Below, piece after piece: positions 26,364 to 36,900 of a stretch of DNA of 64,000 nt. Under the pieces are notes generated by a model, which did not search any database, had not been told where the DNA came from, and saw nothing but the letters and a program-made list of their open reading frames with translations. Position 1 is the stretch's first letter. Each line of letters starts with the position of its first letter. Both the position numbers and the translations under genes were made by a program. Source of the DNA: Paraspadella gotoi (taxonomy: Eukaryota; Animalia; Chaetognatha); NCBI GenBank assembly GCA_051294375.1, contig CM119265.1, positions 2,973,256 through 3,037,255 on the forward strand, in the 5' to 3' direction.

Positions 26364-26619
26364 CTCTACTCTCTCCTCTCTCTCTCTCGTCTCTCTCTCT
26401 CTCTCTCGCCTTTTCGTTTCATTATTCAACTATTAGTTTCGCACTTACCCTAAACTCACTCATTTCCCCCGCTCCCTGCTGTTCCGTCAACACAGCCCAC
26501 GAGTCTCTGAAGAGGACAGCGAAGCCGACCACGTGGTCGCACGGGATGGACAACGCGAAAAGTCGCGTCCCCAGTAATCGGGCACGTCAACAGTGGATAT
26601 GGTGAGCTCTGCAGAGAGA

Positions 26620-26657
<38 letters not shown>

Positions 26658-27294
26658 TTGTTTTGATAATTTACTATAAATATTTATATGCTCATAACTC
26701 TCGTAATACTTTATTTATATCAGAAATATATATACTGTATTATGAAACCTTCTTTTCGCCTCTGCAATCATATGGCCAGAAGCTACTGAGCCTTAAAGTT
26801 TATTATTTGACAGTCAGGATTTAAAGCTGCCTCACTTCTGTCCGTACTTTAGCCTCGTCTAAATAGCTGACCAGGCTAAATCATCTCGTTTCATCCGTGC
26901 GTCCAGGGTTCAATCCCCGGGTATAGCGGTTCTGACTTAAATGTTATGGAGCCGGTCTAAACATGCCAGTGATAGGAGGCAGTCACTGAGGGTCCACAGC
27001 CCCTACGCCAGTTGGTGAGATAACCCGAGCCCTGAGTAACGCAAGTAATCCTCCCTTTACCCTAATATAACATATTGTCTACAAGTTTCAAATGATTCGA
27101 ACACGAGGAAAGAAAGTTAATCAGGCGCAACACCTTTCCTCATTTACTACTACGTCGCTATGCAAATAGCAATGTCGTTTGAGACTAATTCAGCCCATTT
27201 AATTGTTTCATTTTAAGTAATATACGAACTTACCTTGGGCGAAGGAGTCCGCTGAGAGGACGGCGATGACGACAAAGAAGATTCGTGATAACAT
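22588..27294 (-). CDS. Gene B 5' exons: signal peptide and FCGBP-type IgGFc-binding-like N-terminal domain
   Basis: Exons 27234-27294 (MLSRIFFVVIAVLSADSFAQ), ~26449-26608 (PDYWGRDF, one homopolymer frameshift), 26115-26276, 25354-25489 (GTSYF), ~24544-24931 (LQVLPVDRW), 24130-24383, ~23805-23902 and ~22588-22779 (HANPRAVFGVNVF). Splice phases are mostly consistent. Domain identity is from motif resemblance only. Confidence 0.65.
22969..23049 (-). ncRNA. Twister ribozyme, P5 permutation (3' LTR copy)
   Basis: GTTGGC aaa GCGG a GA CCG tcctaggg TAA CCGC GC CAGTGAC..GTCACTG A GGG T CGG AA GC CCC caaa GCCAAC. Confidence 0.75.
23475..23553 (-). ncRNA. Twister ribozyme, P5 permutation (5' LTR copy; one G missing in L4, possibly a sequencing error)
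   Basis: Same motif as 27543-27623, except L4 reads TCGAAGC. Confidence 0.65.
24965..25270. mobile_element. MITE-like element with degenerate TTAGGG-rich interior
   Basis: ccccatttc at the left, gaaatagggtg at the right, ttaggg/ttaagg-rich middle; related to 28160-28730 and 31097-31450. Confidence 0.4.
26855..27065 (+). mobile_element. tRNA-derived SINE-like element carrying a probably inactivated twister module at 26932-27011
   Basis: B-box GGTTCAATCCC at 26907-26917, then ATGT TA TGG agccggtc TAA ACAT GC CAGTGAT..GTCACTG A GGG T CCA CA GC CCC; tail ctttacccta; homologous to 53109-53260 (-). Confidence 0.6.
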
Positions 27295-27420
27295 TTTCTT
27301 ACTTTCTTGTCTAAATAGTGTCAATATGAATTACTTCAATACGTAATAATAATGATTAAAAGAAGTTTAGTTTAGGATTTGATGACAGATTACGCTCACA
27401 GACGAGATTTAATAGTATAT

Positions 27421-27677
27421 TGTGGCGGTATATTCACACCGCCTCTCGTCCACCATCATTCAGCCAAATCCATTGGCTCAGAGGGGGAACACACCATCCC
27501 AGGCGTAGTGTTCCATCCACAGTCCTAACGACTTCCCTCTGCGTTGGCAAAGCGAGACCGTCCTAGGGTAACCGCGCCAGTGACAGGAGGCGTCACTGAG
27601 GGTCGGAAGCCCCCAAAGCCAACAGTGAGATGCCCCATCCCAATGGGCATCACAGGCAACCCGGCTGTTGCCATAAG
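27421..27677 (+). mobile_element. Solo LTR of the twister-bearing element, with ATAT target-site duplication
   Basis: Reverse complement of 23423-23673. ATAT at 27417-27420 and 27678-27681; the reconstructed empty site AGT-ATAT-ACT is palindromic. Confidence 0.85.
27543..27623 (+). ncRNA. Twister ribozyme, P5 permutation; predicted cleavage between U27569 and A27570
   Basis: P5 GTTGGC/GCCAAC; P2 CCGC/GCGA (one C-A mismatch); conserved GA at 27556-57; T1 CGG/CCG; UAA; T2 GC/GC; P3 CAGTGAC/GTCACTG; P4 GGG/CCC; L4 U-CGG-AA-GC. Confidence 0.8.
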
Positions 27678-28159
27678 ATATACTTTAGAGATAGATAATA
27701 ATAATGAAAATAGTAATGAGATAGTAATGGATGAGTTAACAGACGGCGACAAAAAAGACAACGATTACAATGAATACGATGATTACAATTCTCGCTCGAA
27801 AACGACGCCGTTTGTATCCAAAAAGGTCAGTTTGTATCCAAAAAGGTCAGTTCCACATCCGGGATTCTCAAACTCTTAATTTCGGTCCAAACATTTTCAA
27901 AATATTAATTAAATCTTCTTTTCGTCTCATTCACAAAACGAACTAATTCATCAATACCAGTTTTTCCAGTAAAATAACAAAAATTGTTAAGCCACTTATT
28001 ATCCGTTGTAACACGTAAAGTACGACGACAACGACAACAACAACAACAACAACAACCAAAAAAACCGATGACGACATCAGGCATAAGCGGCATGAAAGAC
28101 GACGACGACGATTCGAAACACCGACCTTTAATGGAATCGTTCGCTCAATTAAGAAAAAA

Positions 28160-28503
28160 GGCCATATTTCTCAAAAGTGCCAGATTTCGGAATAAAGTAA
28201 GTTTTCAAGTTTAAAGATTAGGTTTAGGATTAAAGGTTTGGTTGAGGATTAAGATTAATTTTTGGGACTAAGGTTTATGGTTTAAGATTAGCGATTAGGG
28301 TTAGGGATTATATTAAGGTTATTTGTTAAGGATTGAATAATATAAATGCATAATGTAAATTTCCTCTTTCCTTCTTTCTCTCTCTCTCTCTCTCTGTCTT
28401 ACCATTTTCACTTCTTTTCACAACTTATTCTGTCTGTTCATAACTTTGACCTGTCCTCATCAGTTGACCACTGTCTTTTTTCAAATCTATGTTGGAAACT
28501 TTG

Positions 28504-28549
<46 letters not shown>

Positions 28550-28730
28550 ATCTCTCTTTCTCTCTTCCTTTACTCAAAAATTTGTCAATTTTTCAAAACC
28601 ACTTTTGGCGCTGAAGAAGGCTTGAATAAAAGTCGAAACATATACGTTGTTGAAATAAAAACAAATCGTTGTAGTAAACAAATCAAAGTTTCAAAATAGA
28701 AATGGGGCGGCCTCGGAAAATAGAGGGCGA
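28160..28730. mobile_element. TTAGGG-rich MITE-like element interrupted by a Penelope-like fragment (~28340-28690)
   Basis: Imperfect inverted ends (..aaaagtgccagatttc / gaaatggggcggcctcggaaaa..), degenerate ttaggg tract at 28215-28335, internal hammerhead motif. Confidence 0.4.
28607..28648 (+). ncRNA. Minimal type I hammerhead ribozyme motif (Penelope-like)
   Basis: GGCG CTGAAGA a GGCTT gaataa AAGTC GAAA CATA T A CGTT, followed by AATAAA. Confidence 0.55.
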
Positions 28731-28977
28731 AACAAATAGAAAAGTTTCTCTCCTGAGTCGTCACGCGATTGAATCATGATTCGTCGCGGACTCGTTGTCG
28801 CGGAATGACGGTGGAGGAAGGAAATGGGTTGGGGGAGGGGGCGGGAGGGAAAGGATGGGCACTTGGATCCCAGTCAACCAAAAGTTGGATACAAGATGGA
28901 CATTTGGATGAGGTTCGGATTTCTTATTTATTATATTGGTTGTACTGTACTGAGTCAATCCTCTCTCTCTCTCTCTC

Positions 28978-29040
<63 letters not shown>

Positions 29041-30183
29041 CTCTCTCTGTTATTCCCTATTTCAATGAATGAGCACTCGGAATCCGTGGACTACTGACGA
29101 GCCTCCCTTCACTCAACCGTTTAAAGTTGAAAAAGTCGATGTCGGAGTTTGAATTAAAAATTCATTTTCCGTTTGAGTAAGTTTTTCGTTCTAAAAATAG
29201 ATAACGTGACTCTGCTAGTTTATTTCTTTCCGAAAATAATGATGTATTTATCAGTATATTGTCAAATAGCCATAGATTTCTTCACTTAATACGAATGTTT
29301 TGAAATTTAAACAATACCAATTAGCAATTGCAAATACAAAAAGATGTGTGTGGTAATATTTACCGAATATAATTTTCATTTTATCTTAATAAAATCCTAA
29401 AATTGCTAAAATTATCATTGTGTATTTCGTGAAATTCTGAATACTTGTGAAACCAAGTCGAAAGAAAAGTTGAATTTAGAATTAAAGATTACGTTCGGAA
29501 TTTTAAATATCATAGAGACAGTCTCGCATCTCGTTTTAATCGAGCTCTCAATCTACTATGTATTAGGTACTAAGTATTTTTTTTTTAAATTACGTTGTCT
29601 ACAATCTTACCGACTAATAATAGGTTAAAAGAATCACTACTTTTACCAATTAACTTATAAAGGCTTTCAAAAGTCTCTTTTAAATATCATTCCATTTCAT
29701 TTTTTATCAAATTAACCATTTTTTTTATTAACGAGTTTAGTACTAACTTCTCCGGATTAATTTGCCGCCCCCTCCGCCTACTCCTTTAGCTCAATTGGAA
29801 TTCAAAGTACGCGATGTTGTTCTCATTGACCTGATTGTGTGTAATCCAACGTTTGGATCTTACATCCGCCACAGAGTTGTCATTTCCGTATGTGAACGAT
29901 TTATCATTTACTAAAAAGATAGCTTCTTGACCATAAAGACCGAAATCAGGCCCCTTTACCTTTACTGGTTTGTGAAAAGATAGGATTTAGAATTCATAAA
30001 TCAATCAACTAGATTATGAATATAAGGCACATCAGTTTATCTTCAAACTTCATGCATCGAACTGAAACTCTCTGATCTAATAACTGTGCGGCACAGTGTG
30101 CGACTTATCAGTTCAAAGGTCAAGACTGGCGACAGAAGTAAACTAGGATTACGTATCTTACGATCAATGCAGAACGAGAAATG

Positions 30184-30295
<112 letters not shown>

Positions 30296-30502
30296 CTTCT
30301 CTCCCCTTTTCTCTCTTACTCTCCTACTAAATTGATATCAGTAAAATAAGAACTCCTGAATGAAAAAGTTCCAATGCAAGCTGCTTGGTGCCAAGCAAAT
30401 CATGCTCTATTCGCTTAAAATTAAAATCACGTGGAAAAATGTGCTAATATCAACTTGGAAACTGATTTAGATTTCGGACGTTTTTATCTGTTTATCTAAC
30501 GT

Positions 30503-30538
<36 letters not shown>

Positions 30539-30923
30539 GCCTTGTCGTTTCAAAAAAGTTTGTTTTTCTTGTGGATTTCTGTGTCTAGTAAAAAAACGAT
30601 TAGTTTTAGAAATAACCGACTGAGAAATCAATATAATATTTCAAACTATTTTTTTATTTATTAATTTTTAAATAAGACGAACGAAAATGCGTTGAGATCG
30701 AAAGTCGGTATTATTAACTTCATAATACTAAATTAAAAACATTTTAGGGTGATTTAATTAAATTCTAAAACTCTAAAGGAAAAAACTTTTAATTCGTTGC
30801 AATTTTCGTTCAAATCCAAAACCAAAAAAAAAAAAGAAATCAAAATAAATTCTTGATAAACAAAAATATAAAATATATAAAAAACAAAACGTTGAGAAAA
30901 ACAAACAAAAGACAAAAACAAAG

Positions 30924-33900
30924 ATGGCCGCCGCCGGCGACGATTGGCGGGTGGCGAAATGGCGAGCAAAAACCGAAAAACTCGAAGAGGAAATAAAAAG
31001 ACTTAAAAATGACGTCGAATCAGAAAGAAATAACGCGAAAGAAATCCTGACGAGACACAGAGCGGAAGTTGCAGAGGTAAGAAATAAAAGCCAATTTCGG
31101 CTCTCTTTTCCAAAGGAGCCTCATTTCTGTATCTTCATCACTTAAATTAAGTTGAACCTTCATCTTCGACCCTGATCAGTTAATAAACAAAGAATCTAAT
31201 CTAATCTAATCTCATCCTTAATGCTTAATCCTTAACTCAAACCCTAAACCTTAATCTTTAACCCTTGACCCTAATACTAAATTTAAGTTACTGTCCTTAA
31301 TCCTATTAATTAATCTAATCCTTAACCCTACTCCTTAACCTAATCATTAACCTATTCTCAAACCTTAATATTTAACCTATATTTTTAACTAAAAAATTAA
31401 CCCAATTCTGAATATAAGATGAAATGGGGCGTTCTCGGAAAGTAAGCCCGCATTTATTTTGTATTTAAAGAGAGAGATTCTGGATAGGAATCTGGGTAGG
31501 TTCTGATATTATTATTCATTATATTTTTTGCCTATATTTCAATTTACGTAGCGGAATAATTTTTTATGGCAGTTAACTTAAAATTGTGAAACAAAATGTG
31601 AATGGAAATATTTCCAATATTTGGGGGGGAAAAAATAAAAAAAGTTTGGCAAGTAAACAGGACAAGGTTCAGAAAGAATACAAAGAATTTTATCTACCCA
31701 TTGCATTCGATGTCCTTACAACAAAGTTTACAAACAATTTATATTACTTTTTATATAATATTGTATCAAATCTCAAAAATATTATCTCCTTTCCAACTGC
31801 GGATTGATCACGTTCAAGCAATCGTTTTCTTTTGACCAAAATTTGGTCAAATCCGGATACCACTTGACGGGAAGACTTGCATTGTGCAACGCCGAGCAGA
31901 GATGACAAAAGGATTGAGCGACGTTGAGCCTTCGGTCGCCGTAGACGTAGTAATCCTTTCGCCAGTCGAAGTAGCTGTTGTAGAGTCGATCGTCCGCGTC
32001 TATCTCCTTCAACTTCATCGCCAACTCCTTCGGAGTCAGACCGTTGGCGTCGACGAAAGAGTTGGGCGGCCCGTCTTCCTCGTAGTCGGACCCGCCTCTA
32101 ACGACGGGCACCACCAACGCGTCCATCAGCATGGACCAATACTTGCAGGAAGAGTAATCCCGACAGATGGAGTTTTCGAAAGCCAAGTAGAACTTGTATC
32201 GTTTGGTCAGCAAGGCGTAGCAATCTGGTGATCCTATGTTTGTCGTCTTGGGACATTTAAACGTCCCGCATCCGCCGTAGACGTCAACGTCGATGAAGCG
32301 ACGAAGTATCTGCACGTATTTCTCCCTTTGACTGTGGGGATGACAGTGAGAAACGAACCAAGCGGCCAAACGCGTCTTGTTGCCAGCGTAGTTGATTTTC
32401 TTGGCGTGAGCGGCCAATCGTTCCTCCACTGGCCTGATCTTGTAGACGCCGTGAGTCATCGGAATGTCGCTGTCTTTGCGATAAGTCATTGTCCAGTTGA
32501 AGAGATTGTCGAATCGACGAAGAGGTAAGCCAGTGTAGATGGGCGATTCCTGCATGAAGAAGATCCACCTTTGATGCCTCCGTTTTGATTTTGGCATGTC
32601 GAAGCCTTTGACGATCGAGCCTCGGACGAATTTGGCCGTAACAGCGACGTTGCGACAATGAAAGACGACGGCGTCGGCTACGGCGAGTCGACTTCGGTCG
32701 CTCGTCGTCTCGCAGGCGCGCTCGGGGCATTCAGCGTCGACGAAAGGTTGGATGCCGAGATTGAATCCGTAGGGTCGCTTCTCGAACCCTTTCTCCCAGA
32801 GGAGGATGAGCTTGCGGCGCTGGCTGCGACGTTGCGGCTTTGACGGCTGCTGTCGATTGAGAGGACGAGGAATGGAGAGGCCGACGTCGCGTCCGTAGTT
32901 CCATTGGCTCATTCGCCAAATTTGCAAAACGGCGAAGAGGAAAATAATTAAGAGGAGGAAATACTGAAGTCCGCGGAAGACGGCGTCGCGCGTCATCGTC
33001 GATTGCTGAATGGCGGGAAAACAAAATACAAAATTGAAGAGACGGTCATAATTGTTATGAGTTAGTGACAGAACCGTTCCCGCCTGTTACACAGTGTTAC
33101 AGCCTGATCCGAAGCTCATAACAATTATTATTGTCTCTTCGATATACTGTTTCCTACCAACATACAAAATATCATCTCCATCCATTCATCCGTTTACAAG
33201 TAATTGGATACTAACGCTAAGCGGGGACGGACATACGGACGGAGGGACCGACGGACATAATTTTGTTTGCATAATTTATCATAATTCGATGTTCTAATTT
33301 AGGAGACTGATCGACCAAATTATAGGGGGGGGCGACCGACAGACTTACAAAGTGGATAATAGAGTCGGAATCTGCCATAGACAGATCCGATTAAAAATTT
33401 ATTTTGTTTCATTGCATATGAAAGTAAAAACATAGAAAAATCTTTTGGCACTTATTTTATTATAGTATCTCAAATCGTTAAGACAGGGCAGAACGTTAAG
33501 TTTTTTCCAGATATATGATCCCATCTCTGTATCTAAAAAAATTAGTTTTATACGCTCCGATTAGTATTTCTTAAAATAGTCTTTTTATTGTTTATATTTG
33601 ACAGTTACATGACAAGTCATGGAGGCAATACATGAAATATAAAAGTTCAATCATTTAATGAGTGAACGGAGGCTTCGTAGTCGGCTCAACAACAGACATG
33701 ATTTTTTTTTAGTTAACGGAATTTATTAGTGAATGGCAAAGTTTTTGATTTTTGCAACAAATTTTAATTTAACATAGAAACGGACATGTTTCGGCTTTGG
33801 ATGCAAGCCTTCATCAGCGTTTTTACAGTTTTTGCCATTCTCTAATAAATTCAAAACAACGAAAAACAAAGGATTAAATACACTATGTTAACGGAATTAA

Positions 33901-36900
33901 ATTTGTATATATTTAAAATAATTAAAAATGCTTTCAAAGATTGAGTTGGCAAGACAGAGAATTCATAGATATAGACTTTGAGACCGAGTTCCATGTATTC
34001 ATTCCTCTTTGGAGAAACAATTTTTGAAAAGGATTAAGTTGAAATCGCAAAAAAGTTGAAAAAAAAGATGACTTTAATTACATTTATTACTATGTATCAA
34101 TATTGCTACGTTTTCGTTTTAAAAATTGTTTTTGGCTCTAAATTCGAAAAGTCGTAACTCGAATGAGTCTAAAGTTTAAAGTCATCCGTTCGTTTTGGAA
34201 AATTAAACTGTTTCTTTTTTTTTACAAATTTTTTTTATTTTAGTTTTGAAAACATTTATTTCGGTCGCCATGACGACGGTGAACAGCAGATTTTCTCCAA
34301 GCCTAATTAAAAACGGAAAAAAAGCTTTAATAATCAGAGAAATTTTCCTTTTTCAATTTTTTTTTGGAAAAAGAAAAAGAAATCAAACTTATACAATAAT
34401 NNNNNNNNNNNNNNNNNNNNNNNNNAGAGAGAGATTCCTATTCCATCCTTCCTCCTATCTTTCCCGCCCGTCCCCCGCCCGCCCCTGTGAATTTTAATTT
34501 TTCTCCTTCCTCCCTTCCCTTTTTCCTTCTTCCCCCTTACTCCCCCGCCCGCCCTGCTAATTCTATTCTCCTTCCTCCCCTCCTTTTTTCTTCTTTCCCC
34601 CTTCCGCCCCCCCCGCTGCTAACCTTCTATTCTCCTTCCTCCACTCATCCTTTTTCCTCTCCCCCAGCGCCCGCCCGCCCCTGCAATTCTATTCTCTTCC
34701 TTCTTCCCCCTGCCCCGCCCGCGCCCCTGCGAATTTTATTCTCTTCTCCTCTCCTTTTCTTCTTCCCCTCCCCCACCGCCCGCCCCTGCTAACTCTATTC
34801 TCCTTCCTCTCCCTCTCCTTTTTTTCTTCTTCCCCCCTCCCCCGCCCGCCCCTGCTAATTCTATCTCTTCCTCCCTCCTCCTTTTTTCCTTTTCCCCCTC
34901 CCCCGCCCGCCCTGCGAATTTTATTCTCCTCCTCCCTCTCCTTTTTCCCTTCTTCCCCTCCCCTCCGCGATAAAAGTTGGGACGAGGAGGTAGGTTCGTC
35001 CGCAACCGACTATCCCTCCTCCACCCAGCGATCCGAAGCGCCTTCGTCGGCCCGGAAAAAAATCTTGGAGGAATCGAGCGGCCGCCGGGGTTCATTCCCG
35101 CGGGAAGAAGTATAGAAGGTTAAGGGAATGACTCATCGGTTTGATGAATGCAGAATGAATGAATAATGAAATGAATGAATAAATATATCATCAATCATTC
35201 ATAACTAGAATTCGCCAACACAACAAATTACACCAATGGTTATTTGAGTCACTAAAACATTTATTTGCAAGGTAGATCATCATTAATTTAATCAACATAT
35301 TTAACCGTAAACTAATGATAATCGGCAACAAGTCCATCGTCAACAACTTATAACCAAATTAGATAAAGGCATTAACGATATATAATGGGGATATTGTGGC
35401 AATCGTTTCTAAACTATTTGAGTATTTTTAAATAAATTTGGTAGCCGATCGATAGGAATTTAAATACTATCTATATGCAAAAAATATTTCATAAAATCGG
35501 ATAATCCGTTTCAAAAGTATGGCAATAAAAACAGATGCGAAATCGAGCGCTTCAATAGATCAGCTTTCACTTAAAATCGAAGCTCGTTTTTGATCCAATA
35601 AGGATTTGAACTACTGTAGTATGAGCTTTAAAACGATGATAGGCGATTATGCGCGAACCGGGCCCATAAGAGAAAAATAGAATAGCGAAGCCCGAAAAAA
35701 AGGAATCCTTACAAAATTAATCAACAAATACATAATTAATAACAGAATAAAAAAGGGAAAAAGACAAGAGAGCCAAAGAAGTAAAAATTGAAAAGTATAA
35801 TTGACTGATCTCACCAGCAAAACTAACTATTACACTAACTCAATTTAAATATCGTTAATTCAAGATTAAGAATTCACTATCGTCACTTCACGATTAAAAT
35901 TTTTCATTTTTTTGAATCAGTTTAATTTTAATGATAACAGATTTAATATGATAGCAATAAAACTATAAATTAAAAGATAATGATTGATAATGGTAAGTAA
36001 ATTGATGCAATGAATAAAATTAATTAAACTAATGATGAGACGCATAGTTTAATATCTAAAATTTGTCATATCTGAATAGGCTTAATTTTATTATGAAACA
36101 AGTTTGAGCAAACAATGTCGGATTTTGAATAAGAATAATTTAGCCAGTAATCAGTTAAAAAGTATGCAAGTTGAAAAAAAGATATGCAAGTTGAAAAAGA
36201 TAATGCAAGTTGAAAAAGATGTGCGCAAGTTGAAAAAGATATGCAAGTGGAAAAAAGTATGCCAATTGAAAAAGTATGCAAGTTGAAAAACAAAAATATG
36301 CATACTTTGAAAAAAGTATGCATACTTTGAAAAAAGTATGCATACTTTGAAAAAAGTTATGGCATACTTTGAAAAAGTATGCCATAATTGGAAAAAAAGT
36401 AGCATAATTGGAAAAAGTATGCATACCTTTGAAAAAAAGTATGCATACTTTGAAAAAAGTTAAATGCAAATTTTAAAAAAAGTAAATGCATACTTCAAAA
36501 AAGTATGCATATTTAAAAAAGTATGCATACTTCAAAAAAGTTTGGCATACTTTGAAAAAAAGTATGCATACTTTGAAAAAATGTATGCATAATTGGAAAA
36601 AAGTATGCATAATTAGAAAAAAGTATGCATACTTTTGAAAAAAGTATGCAATATTTTAAAAAAAGTATGCAATACTTCAAAAAAGTATGCATACTTTGAA
36701 AAAAAGTATGGATATTTTAAAAAAGTATGCATACTTCAAAAAAGTATGCATACTTTGAAAAAGTATGCAAACTTTAAAAAAAGTATGCATACTTTGAAAA
36801 AGTATGCATACTTGAAAAAAAGTATGCATACTTTTTCAGAAGGTATGCATACTTTTTTTGAAGTATGCAATACTTTTTTTAAAAATACGCATACTTTTTT

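Noticed and set aside
29085-29135. CTGACGAG hammerhead-like core
   Set aside because: No stem II or correctly placed GAAA; it resembles a repeat end also seen at 33660-33688.
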